Shown here piece by piece: positions 1-7,943 of a DNA stretch of 64,000 nt; the stretch's first letter is position 1; every line of letters starts with the position of its first letter. The stretch is from UHGV virus genome UHGV-0277313, one strand, 5' to 3'. The DNA is from a virus. The notes beneath the pieces are model-generated. The model saw only the letters and a program-made list of their open reading frames with translations. It did no database searches and was not told where the DNA came from. The translations under genes and the position numbers were made by a program.

Positions 1-103
1 CTAACAATGCATAAAAAGTAACCGCAGTATCCTCTTCAGCAAAAACACAAGACATCTCTTCAACCAACTTTCCTTCAGAATAAAACTGTGAAATTGTTGA
101 CAT
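1..103 (-). CDS. hypothetical protein, 5' portion; gene continues beyond the window start
   Basis: Minus-strand ATG at 101-103 preceded by GGAGGT Shine-Dalgarno (plus 111-116). The frame reads MSTISQFYSEGKLVEEMSCVFAEEDTAVTFYALL... and runs off the window edge. Not in the supplied ORF track because it is truncated. Confidence 0.3.
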   Translation of the reverse strand, partial: MSTISQFYSEGKLVEEMSCVFAEEDTAVTFYALL

Positions 104-203
104 TAAAGAAACCTCCGATTCCTTGACTTGTTCAACCGCTTTTTGCGGGTAATGAATAACTTATCAAAGAATCGAAGGTTTTGCAAGAAGTATTTTTAAA
201 ATT

Positions 204-446
204 TTAAAATTTATATGTTCCAGACCACACACCTGTTGCATCTTGGACATGCAAAGTCACGTCACTTAACTCAACAGTATCATTCTTAAAAACTTCAATT
301 TCATTGCCTTTTCCTAAAACTTCATCTTGCGATTGCATCATTCGCAAAGATTTAGAAATATTTTCTTTTAAAGGTTTTATTTTGAAACGTTTTTTCTTTT
401 TATCAACTGTGATTTCAGCTTCATCATTTTTAAAATAAAAAATCAT
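204..446 (-). CDS. hypothetical small protein (80 aa)
   Basis: ORF with GAGGT SD 5-6 nt upstream of the ATG at 444-446. Same strand and tight spacing with neighbouring early genes. No recognisable motif. Confidence 0.4.
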   Translation of the reverse strand: MIFYFKNDEAEITVDKKKKRFKIKPLKENISKSLRMMQSQDEVLGKGNEIEVFKNDTVELSDVTLHVQDATGVWSGTYKF

Positions 447-453
447 TTTAACC

Positions 454-699
454 TCAAATGATTGGTGAATTTAGAATTTTAACAATATAGTCATCTAGAA
501 ACAATGTCAACAATTCTCTTTTGTTAACAACATCAAATTTTTTATAAAGCTTTTTAATTTGATATTCTAAAGTTGGTTTAATAATATTTAACTCTTTTGA
601 AATTTCTGAATTTGAATACCCATAAACCATTAACTTTAGAATGCTTCTTTCTTTTTCATCTGTATCTTGCAATGCAAAATAAATAGCATCTTTTGACAT
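454..699 (-). CDS. LuxR/GerE-type helix-turn-helix regulator (sigma region-4-like), 81 aa
   Basis: Sequence KERSILKLMVYGYSNSEISKELNIIKPTLEYQIKKLYKKFDVVNKRELL fits the LuxR/FixJ/GerE HTH signature (ExE-L-L-x-G-x-S-N-x-EIa-x-L-x-I-x-x-T-V-x-x-h-x-x-I-x-x-KL-x-V-x-NR). Start ATG 697-699 immediately follows the TAA (700-702) of the upstream ORF, in the same frame. Confidence 0.55.
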   Translation of the reverse strand: MSKDAIYFALQDTDEKERSILKLMVYGYSNSEISKELNIIKPTLEYQIKKLYKKFDVVNKRELLTLFLDDYIVKILNSPII

Positions 700-1491
700 T
701 TATTTAGGCTTTCTTAATCCGTAATTGCGCCATGTATCATCAGCAACAGCAATACTTTTTAAAATTAAACTGGGATCTACACCTAATTTAATCAAATTCA
801 TTCCAATAATTTCTTTTATTTTACTCATTTTGGAATACTCAATACCTAATTCTTCGCAAATTACTTTTGCTGGTATTCCTTTATTTTTATGTGGATTCTT
901 TGGGTTTGTAATTCGAAGCCATTTTTCATATCTGGCTTCCGTACTATCTGAAGGTGAAATTGATTCTTTTAAATAACCGATTGTTTCGTACGGCATTTCA
1001 GATACTTCTAAATTCTGAATCAATCTTTCTACTAGATTATTTGCTTCTGAAACACTTTCTTCATCTTGATAGTATGTGATTTGGATAGGTGCATCTGTCG
1101 TACTAAATTCATAAATATCTTTTTCTGGATTTCGTTCATCTGAATCATCTAAACTATTGATGAACATTGAAGTATCTTTTTTCTTTGAAAATTCCATACT
1201 TAAGTCTGCAAATCTATTATGAATAATTCTAACAGCCATAAATATCAAATCTTGAATAGTTGCATCCTCACGTAAAATTGTTAATTCAAATTCATATTGT
1301 CGAAACACTCTCAAAGCCTTCAGCTTTAACTCTTGTTTGTAATCGTCAGTCGTTCCTATAGCGTTTCTTAAACGGAATGCAAATTTATTAATATATTTAT
1401 CAAGATGCTGAATAGCTAGCAAACAACAATTATCATAATTTCGACATGTTAAAATAATCTTTTTTTCATCTTTTGTCAGTTGTCTAGGCAT
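700..1491 (-). CDS. putative sigma-70-family-like transcription factor (region-2.2-like segment), 263 aa
   Basis: N-terminal ILTCRNYDNCCLLAIQHLDKYINKFAFRL...DYKQELKLKALRVFRQYEFE resembles sigma region 2.1-2.2 (DLIQEGNIGLMKAVDKFE pattern). A second HTH-like stretch is ICEELGIEYSKMSKIKEIIG. SD AAGGGA lies upstream of the ATG at 1489-1491. Assignment from motif recall only. Confidence 0.35.
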   Translation of the reverse strand: MPRQLTKDEKKIILTCRNYDNCCLLAIQHLDKYINKFAFRLRNAIGTTDDYKQELKLKALRVFRQYEFELTILREDATIQDLIFMAVRIIHNRFADLSMEFSKKKDTSMFINSLDDSDERNPEKDIYEFSTTDAPIQITYYQDEESVSEANNLVERLIQNLEVSEMPYETIGYLKESISPSDSTEARYEKWLRITNPKNPHKNKGIPAKVICEELGIEYSKMSKIKEIIGMNLIKLGVDPSLILKSIAVADDTWRNYGLRKPK

Positions 1492-1573
1492 AAGTTATCC
1501 CTTTAACTTGATTTAAAATTCAAGTTAAAGTTTAACGGCTACAAATATTATGTCAAACAAAAAAATTACAAAC

Positions 1574-2536
1574 TTAAGATTGCGTTATTTTATTGAAACT
1601 CTTGAAGTATAATTTTAAGAAATGTCTGTACTCAATTCTCTTTTTATACCTATCAGAATACGAATCAGGCTTCATATTATCAGGATCTTCGTCGCCATTT
1701 AATTTAATTATTGTAACTGTTCCATTATAAAATTTTCTTAAGGTTTTGTAATTATTTATAATTTCAGCTCGTGAAACATCCCCGTCGAAACTAAACGAAA
1801 TTTCCGTTGGGTTTTTCGACGCGATAATTCTTGCTTGCGAATCAGCTAATACTTTACCAAAAATAGATACTGCAGTCACATCTTCAGGTGTATTACGGTT
1901 AGCTGCAATACCCGAAAAAACACCTTCAGTAATAATTACTTTACCATTTGTTGATACATTCTGAATATTCCAAACAGCAAATGATTTGTGACTTCCTTGA
2001 GGATTGATATATTTTGCTTCAGGGTTTTCTGATACATAATCACGTGCAACTAAATAAACAACGTTATTATTCAAATCAAACGTCGGAACAATAATCCTTC
2101 CCCGATATCTTCCTTGCCCAATACGGATATCGTATTTTTTAATTTCTTCAAACGTTATATTTCTTGAACGCAGATACTCAACTGCATTAACAAATGAACG
2201 ATCTATTTTTACTGAAATATTGTCCAAATCAATCAATTCAGCTTGAATTAACAGACCACTCGGTGATGTATATTTTATACGCTGTTTAGTATCAATGTTG
2301 TCTAGTTTATATCTTAATAATGCACCACCATTTACATAACCTTGTAATAGCTGATCTACTCTTCCAGACCACCCACATCGATAACAATGAAATACGTTTT
2401 TTTCAAGTGATAAACTTAATTTATAATCATCATAACGTTTACCTAACATTTTACAATTTGGACAATGTGTCACATATTGATCGACATTCGATGTTAAGCT
2501 TACATCTCTCAAACTTTCAACGCGTACATCACACAT
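1574..2536 (-). CDS. 61: DNA primase (T4 gp61-like; zinc-ribbon + TOPRIM)
   Basis: N-terminal zinc-binding motif HCPNCK...(21 aa)...HCYRCGWSG, followed by a TOPRIM-like core (IIVPTFDLNNNVVYLVARDY, ...ITEGVFSG...). Lies immediately downstream of the helicase, as in the T4 41-61 order. Confidence 0.75.
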   Translation of the reverse strand: MCDVRVESLRDVSLTSNVDQYVTHCPNCKMLGKRYDDYKLSLSLEKNVFHCYRCGWSGRVDQLLQGYVNGGALLRYKLDNIDTKQRIKYTSPSGLLIQAELIDLDNISVKIDRSFVNAVEYLRSRNITFEEIKKYDIRIGQGRYRGRIIVPTFDLNNNVVYLVARDYVSENPEAKYINPQGSHKSFAVWNIQNVSTNGKVIITEGVFSGIAANRNTPEDVTAVSIFGKVLADSQARIIASKNPTEISFSFDGDVSRAEIINNYKTLRKFYNGTVTIIKLNGDEDPDNMKPDSYSDRYKKRIEYRHFLKLYFKSFNKITQS

Positions 2537-3411
2537 TATTTAACACCATTAGCAGCTTTTTTCATTTCCTTAACGTCATACGGCTCACATTCTTTCACTT
2601 GATTAGCCGCTTTATCAAAGTTTACATACACAGTTGTATTTGTTTTACCACGACGGGCTTTAGCAACATATAATCTCATTTTACCATTGTCAGACTCTTC
2701 ACGAGTTTGGTTTAATGTAACAATGCCATATGCCACATGCGCTTTTCTTGATGAATCAGCTAACATGTCTTGCGATGCCACTTCATTGTCTTCAGTGTTC
2801 CATGCAGCCTTTCCTAACTGTGAACCTGTAACAACAGGACAATTAAATTGGTCAGCTAACGCCTTCAAGTCATAAAAAATTGTACCCATTTCTTCATATG
2901 TACTTTCAGATGACCGTCGCGTTTGTTTGTTCGGTAACATTAAATCTGCATAGTCTACAATAATTAAACCAGGTTCAAAATTTTCCAAAGAATGTAACTT
3001 CGTCAAATATGTTCTCAAATGATTAGCAGATACTGTTTTATTAGAATAATAAATAGTCCTTACATTAGGTGCCCAATATTTAATTTTCTGCACACGCTGT
3101 TTGTATTTTTCAATTTGTGATTCATCCAATAAATCTCTCATTGACATACCAGTTGAACAGGAAATGATATTTGATAACACTTCCTTTTCAGACCACTCAA
3201 ACGAAAAATACACAACCGGGCGTCTCTGAAACATTGCCTGATATGCCAAAAAGCTCAAGAACTTACTTTTTCCACGACCAGGCGCTCCGCAGTTTTTACT
3301 GTAAAAACAATGACTTAGCTCGAAGTTGTGATACTTATTATTCACCGTCAAATTGTAAACAGGCACCTTTTCATCAAGGTGAATGCGTTTTTTATTTACT
3401 AATTTCATCAA
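2536..3411 (-). CDS. 41: replicative DNA helicase (gp41/DnaB family), C-terminal gene fragment; begins with a 40-aa split-intein C-half then the Walker-A extein
   Basis: Residues 1-40 MMKLVNKKRIHLDEKVPVYNLTVNNKYHNFELSHCFYSKN match the DnaE-type Int-C consensus (VYDIGVERDHNFALKNGFIASN) and end in the terminal Asn. The +1 Cys starts CGAPGRGKSKFLSFLAYQA, a DnaB/gp41-like P-loop, followed by a RecA-like core. Own strong SD AAGGAAG sits 7 nt upstream of the ATG at 3411. Confidence 0.8.
   Translation of the reverse strand: MMKLVNKKRIHLDEKVPVYNLTVNNKYHNFELSHCFYSKNCGAPGRGKSKFLSFLAYQAMFQRRPVVYFSFEWSEKEVLSNIISCSTGMSMRDLLDESQIEKYKQRVQKIKYWAPNVRTIYYSNKTVSANHLRTYLTKLHSLENFEPGLIIVDYADLMLPNKQTRRSSESTYEEMGTIFYDLKALADQFNCPVVTGSQLGKAAWNTEDNEVASQDMLADSSRKAHVAYGIVTLNQTREESDNGKMRLYVAKARRGKTNTTVYVNFDKAANQVKECEPYDVKEMKKAANGVK
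3292..3411 (-). mobile_element. split intein C-fragment (Int-C, 40 aa) of the helicase
   Basis: See CDS 2536..3411. Block F/G-like VYNLTV...YHNFELSHCFYSKN, then the +1 Cys. Confidence 0.7.
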
Positions 3412-3518
3412 TTACTTCCTTACTTAAACCCAACTTCAGAACATAATCCAAATCGTTTTTGTATAAAAACTTCAGTGATGTTATCACAAAATCAGACAGT
3501 TCGTCAACCTTTAATGTT

Positions 3519-4475
3519 TTAAAATTCATCATCTTCCGACAAATCTTCCGCTTTTTTATATGCAACACCTTCTGACCATATAACTTTTTCATCACCTTTT
3601 TTTGGATTTGTAATTCTAAATTTATGATCAGGTGTACATTTAATTGTATACCCATTATCAAAAGTTAATTCGATCAATTCGTCTGTATCTCTAGTTTTCC
3701 ATACATTATAAATATCAGTTTCGAAAGAGTTTCCATTCTCATCAACTGAATAGGCTTTTTTATCTTTAAAGTTGTTTACCAAATCTTTGATTTCGATGAA
3801 ACCTTTATTTGTTTTCACTTTTGTATCACCTGTTAAACAGAATACATACAGTTCACCTTTTGCAATGCCGCCACCAAAAGCGTCATCTAATGAAGGAATG
3901 CCTGTTGTGAACATATTATCTTTGCCATAACTGTCACGTAACATTTGAGGTAATTCATCAAGTGAACTAACCAAATCTAACCCAAGATTTGTTCCTGCAC
4001 CAACAGACAATGCATCATCGATAATAGATACGGCTTTTTCGTAATCATTTGTTTTATCATACATATCGACCAATTTACCAATTGCATCACGCATTGCAAC
4101 GCTTTTAGCAAAATCTAAAGCTTGATCTTTTATGTACTGTGCGTCTTCAATAACAGTTGTTGTTAAGCTACGAATCACTGAAGCAAAATTTTCTTGTTCG
4201 ACAATAGGAATTGCATATTTACTCGTATAATTATTCAATTCAGTCAACAAAACAGATTCAGTCGGTTTTGTATGATACTGTTCGTAATATGAAATAATCC
4301 ACTGACAAATATTTTGCAAATAGACATTATCAAAAAAAGAAGGTTTAATTAATTCCACGCCAACTGTTGATAAATAGGTGAAATCTTGAAATAATAATGC
4401 AACAATCTTTTTCTGCATTTCAACTTCAAAATTATATGTTGTATCCTGTACAACTTCTTCGTTTTCATTGTCCAT
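3519..4475 (-). CDS. 41: replicative DNA helicase (gp41/DnaB family), N-terminal gene fragment (212-aa extein) fused to a 106-aa split-intein N-half
   Basis: Extein ends ...GIPSLDDAFGGGIAKGELYVF (DnaB-like segment preceding the P-loop). Then CLTGDTKVKTNKGFIEIKDLV...AYSVDENGNSFETDIYNVWK...KCTPDHKF (intein blocks A and B, TxxH), very similar to DnaE split-intein N-halves as I recall them. ORF stops after ...EDDEF. No contiguous frame into the C-fragment. Confidence 0.8.
   Translation of the reverse strand: MDNENEEVVQDTTYNFEVEMQKKIVALLFQDFTYLSTVGVELIKPSFFDNVYLQNICQWIISYYEQYHTKPTESVLLTELNNYTSKYAIPIVEQENFASVIRSLTTTVIEDAQYIKDQALDFAKSVAMRDAIGKLVDMYDKTNDYEKAVSIIDDALSVGAGTNLGLDLVSSLDELPQMLRDSYGKDNMFTTGIPSLDDAFGGGIAKGELYVFCLTGDTKVKTNKGFIEIKDLVNNFKDKKAYSVDENGNSFETDIYNVWKTRDTDELIELTFDNGYTIKCTPDHKFRITNPKKGDEKVIWSEGVAYKKAEDLSEDDEF
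3522..3839 (-). mobile_element. split intein N-fragment (Int-N, 106 aa) of the helicase
   Basis: Cys1 of CLTGDTKV lies at residue 213 of the ORF. Block B TPDHKF present. ORF terminates about 106 aa later, typical Int-N size. Confidence 0.7.
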
Positions 4476-4514
4476 AACTTTTTCCTTTTAAAAGAGAACT
4501 ACGGTTACCTTATA

Positions 4515-6479
4515 TCAACCTATTCTCGATTCACCCATTTTTTTAATCAACATTTTAAATTGTTCTTCATTTATTTCTGGAATTCCTTCGTTTTCTAGAT
4601 GTTGTTTCCTTTCTCTAGTCCAAGACTCAAGATATGGATGTCCTTTGTCATTAAAATCTACAAACACTGAACAGTTCAATCCTTTATCTTTTCTTCTGGT
4701 TACGCGGCCGATTCTTTGAACATGTGAAATAATATTTTTTCCAGCATCCATCAAGATACCAACATCAAATTCAGGAACATCAATACCTTCATTAAAAACA
4801 ACGTTTCCAACAATTACACGATATCCTTCTTCACGAATTGCCTTTTTAATTGTTTCAGCATTTCCCTTGCGTTCGACAACAACATGTTGAACAATACCTT
4901 TTTTTGTTTTTTCAGTCGCGTCAATAGCTTCATAAATCGTATTACCACCACACATAAATAAAGCTTTAATTCCTTTATCCTTCATTTCACGTACTATTGC
5001 TTTTCCATGTTCAATACGATTAACCATAACCAAAATTTTTAAATTATTCTTGTAACAAAATTCAATACAACGATATGCTGCTTCATTCCTATTAAAACTT
5101 TCTGCAACATATTTCTTATATACATCTGTGCAAGATTTACAAAACACAAATGATTTTGGTGCATAATTAATATAATATGAATAAACTAAAGACGAATATC
5201 CTTTATCACGAAGATACTTTGATGAAATATAATAAAACGAATTACCAAACAACGCTTTTAAAACAATATCATCAACACATTGCCCACCTTCTTTAAAAGG
5301 CGATGCTGTAAACCCAATTAAATATTCAGGATTCGCAACCATTGCGGGTATTGCAATGCTCTGACAGCTGCCGTGATGACATTCATCAACTATAATAGCT
5401 CTTACACTTTTCAGATATCTCATAATTTTTGGATCGTTACGTTTCACCATATTCCAAACTAAATTATTAGTTGAAACAATAATATCTGAATTATCCAAAA
5501 CAGGGTTTCTGTTAAGATATTCAATTTTACGGTCAATACCACGAAGTTTAGCACGACCTTCAATTTGATTTAAAATATTTGTTCGATTATTAATAACTAA
5601 AATTTTCCCATCAATTAATTTAAACAAAGATGCAATGATTTCAGTTTTACCAGAATTATGTACAATCACACCGTTGCTTAATGCAAAATTATGCAAATCA
5701 CAATCAACCTCAATATCATATACAGGAATAGGGTCTACATAATGTTCAGCAAATACTTGCTCAACAACACGACTCCCATAAACACCAGCTACAGGTGATT
5801 CAGCTAAAAGATTGATAGCTTCTACATATTTTCCATTACTTAAAAGGAAAAGATGATCGGGCGTGCATTCAACTTTAACACCATCATTAAATTTAATCTT
5901 CAATGTATCTTTAACATATTTTGACAAATGTGCCGAAACAATTGAATGAAACTTTCCATCTGAACAAAAAACAGACTTTCCATTAAAATTCATACTTAAT
6001 GAACTTAAAGTTTCAAAACCAGTATTTGTTAAAATTAAAGTATCGCCAACAAAACAACCTGTCGCAGCTTCACAGATACCATGTTTATTAATCAAACATT
6101 TTAAAGTACCAATCAATTGATGTTCACGTACTTCAAAACCAGGTGAAGCTAGTGCCATTTCATTATACGCTTGCCTAACCTTTTGCATTGTTGACTTTAC
6201 ATCAATATCAATTACTTTACGCTGATCGATTACAGTTTCAAAATGAAAATACGGTAAAATCAAATCATCAACACAACCTGATTGTACATATAAAGAAGTT
6301 TTTGTATTTTCAACTTCCATATACAATGTAATCAAACTCTGCCCATCAGCTGACAGTAATGTCAAACGTTTTTTTATACGGTTAATAAAATCAGCATCTT
6401 CATCTGAAATTAAAGACCACATCGATTTCGTAATCGTTAACATTTTATTTCTCTCAATTAGACTGTGTTTGAAAAACAA
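4515..6479 (-). CDS. uvsW: SF2 DExH-box ATP-dependent helicase, UvsW-like, interrupted by an in-frame 134-aa mini-intein in the Walker-A motif
   Basis: Extein junction ...KHGICEAATG|intein|SGKTEIIASL restores AATGSGKTE (helicase motif I). Motif II is VDECHHG. C-terminal QRIGRVTRR resembles the UvsW QTIGRVLRK. Spliced product would be about 520 aa. Confidence 0.65.
   Translation of the reverse strand: MFFKHSLIERNKMLTITKSMWSLISDEDADFINRIKKRLTLLSADGQSLITLYMEVENTKTSLYVQSGCVDDLILPYFHFETVIDQRKVIDIDVKSTMQKVRQAYNEMALASPGFEVREHQLIGTLKCLINKHGICEAATGCFVGDTLILTNTGFETLSSLSMNFNGKSVFCSDGKFHSIVSAHLSKYVKDTLKIKFNDGVKVECTPDHLFLLSNGKYVEAINLLAESPVAGVYGSRVVEQVFAEHYVDPIPVYDIEVDCDLHNFALSNGVIVHNSGKTEIIASLFKLIDGKILVINNRTNILNQIEGRAKLRGIDRKIEYLNRNPVLDNSDIIVSTNNLVWNMVKRNDPKIMRYLKSVRAIIVDECHHGSCQSIAIPAMVANPEYLIGFTASPFKEGGQCVDDIVLKALFGNSFYYISSKYLRDKGYSSLVYSYYINYAPKSFVFCKSCTDVYKKYVAESFNRNEAAYRCIEFCYKNNLKILVMVNRIEHGKAIVREMKDKGIKALFMCGGNTIYEAIDATEKTKKGIVQHVVVERKGNAETIKKAIREEGYRVIVGNVVFNEGIDVPEFDVGILMDAGKNIISHVQRIGRVTRRKDKGLNCSVFVDFNDKGHPYLESWTRERKQHLENEGIPEINEEQFKMLIKKMGESRIG
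5655..6056 (-). mobile_element. mini-intein (134 aa, no homing-endonuclease domain) inside the UvsW-like helicase P-loop
   Basis: CFVGDTLILTNTGFE (block A, Cys1) ... VECTPDHLF (block B) ... VYDIEVDCDLHNFALSNGVIVHN (blocks F/G, terminal HN), then +1 Ser. Same sequence family as the split intein in the gp41-like helicase. Confidence 0.7.
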
Positions 6480-6559
6480 CGTACCACATCTAATGCTATA
6501 TTGTCAATACAAAATGCAATAAATATTATAATTTATACATCATTTTTCAATAAAATAAC

Positions 6560-7873
6560 TCACTTATCTAAACTATTATAAATTTTATATAAATTTACCA
6601 TAGATTTAGATGACTTGAGTCTAAAAACTTCAGAATCAAAAGATTCTAAAGAACGTCTATATTTCACTTTAGATGTTTTTGTTATATCAAACAGTTCTTT
6701 CCAATTCTTATAAACCCAGCTTGATGATTCCTTCCATAGGTTGAACAAACTGGTTTTGTCTATAAGCTCTGGATAGAACTGACCTTTGATATATTTGAAC
6801 ATTGCTCTACGGGCAATTTCCAAACTTGCTGCTATTGGATCTGGTGCTTCATTACATATGTTTCCAATGAATGAAGAATAAACAGGGTTGACTTCGACGA
6901 AGTCTATTTTGTTTAGAAGAAAGTGCTTTCTTAAAGCAGAAACCAGTGCTTCATGTTTCCATTTATTCTTCGTTAATCTATTGAATGATTTACCTTTTCC
7001 TGTATTCCCAGTTTTGAAAGACAAATCTTCAATGCCAAATTTACCAACTTTATAATACTTACATTTCTGGATGATATCTTTAGCTATCTCTTTAAGCTCA
7101 AAGATTTGTTTGTTATTCTGGTGTTTACTTTTAGCATCATTTGAAGATTTGTGTAAGTTCTTTGTGAAATATGACAAATCATACTGCTCTTCAAGCAAAA
7201 TCTTTCTCTTATCACCAGTCCATTTAGAAATAGAAAATCCAATATAGTTTGGATTCATATCTATAGCACCAACTATATTTGGATTTCCAACATAATTGGA
7301 ACAATAGATTTTGGAATCATCAAAGGTTATGCAGATTCTATCCAACTTTAATTCAACACTAAAGTTAGATAACTTCTGCTTACATTGTTCTTCAAGGTTG
7401 ATTAATTCATATAAATAATTCTTATGTAAAATAGGCAATTTCAAGTTGATATGTTTTGATTTAGAAAACTTAAAGATTATCTGGTTATTCGAAATATCCA
7501 ACTGGAATTTACGGTTTCCGCCTTTTGACGTTTCACCTTGTGAATAACCCCCTAAAAGCCTATTTTCTTTGAAAATATCTTTATCTAACTTATGTTTTAA
7601 TCTTTGATAAAAAGAAAATTTGCCACCGAAAATAACCTTTTCTTTATTGGTTAAAAATATGTAATTTGCTTTCTTAATAGCACACTGAATAAACCAAGAA
7701 TCCGAAGGTACATTTGATAAACTTTTAGAAAGTAATCTAATGTCTTTTTCAGATTTGGAATCTTTATATCTGTTGAAAGCATATCTTACCATATTAGACG
7801 ACTTCCGAATTTCATCTTTGATGAAGCTTCGGTCGTCATCTGAACATGTATATGGTAAGTTAATCGTTTTCAA
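6560..7873 (-). CDS. TnpB/OrfB (IS200/IS605-family)-like RuvC-fold nuclease, lacking the usual C-terminal zinc finger (437 aa)
   Basis: RuvC-I GAIDMNPNYIGFSI (Asp), RuvC-II KFGIEDLSFK (Glu), then NRLTKNKW...FVEVNPVYSSFIGNIC, then NEAPDPIAASLEIARRA (RuvC-III Asp). N-terminus is TnpB-like (MKTINLPYT...). No CxxC...CxxC between RuvC-II and RuvC-III. Confidence 0.65.
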   Translation of the reverse strand: MKTINLPYTCSDDDRSFIKDEIRKSSNMVRYAFNRYKDSKSEKDIRLLSKSLSNVPSDSWFIQCAIKKANYIFLTNKEKVIFGGKFSFYQRLKHKLDKDIFKENRLLGGYSQGETSKGGNRKFQLDISNNQIIFKFSKSKHINLKLPILHKNYLYELINLEEQCKQKLSNFSVELKLDRICITFDDSKIYCSNYVGNPNIVGAIDMNPNYIGFSISKWTGDKRKILLEEQYDLSYFTKNLHKSSNDAKSKHQNNKQIFELKEIAKDIIQKCKYYKVGKFGIEDLSFKTGNTGKGKSFNRLTKNKWKHEALVSALRKHFLLNKIDFVEVNPVYSSFIGNICNEAPDPIAASLEIARRAMFKYIKGQFYPELIDKTSLFNLWKESSSWVYKNWKELFDITKTSKVKYRRSLESFDSEVFRLKSSKSMVNLYKIYNSLDK

Positions 7874-7943
7874 ATTTAAAACCTTATCAAACTTTTTGTC
7901 TTTATTTGTTATAAATTATAAAAAATTAAAAATCAAGACTTGT

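Noticed and set aside
154-170. Short hairpin CCGC-ttttt-GCGG between the first two minus-strand genes, considered as a terminator
   Set aside because: Only a 4-bp stem, and no U-run in the minus-strand (gene-sense) orientation.
725-2673. Antisense ORFs 725-976(+) and 2320-2673(+)
   Set aside because: They lie entirely inside longer, motif-supported genes on the other strand and show hydrophobic or low-complexity shadow-frame composition.
3392-3661. 89-aa minus-strand ORF spanning the gap between the two helicase/intein gene fragments; considered as a possible inter-fragment homing endonuclease or as evidence of a simple frameshift
   Set aside because: It is in a different frame from both fragments and overlaps their coding ends. 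It has a K/I/L-rich composition typical of AT-rich shadow ORFs and no nuclease motif. The C-fragment has its own strong SD, which favours a genuine split arrangement.
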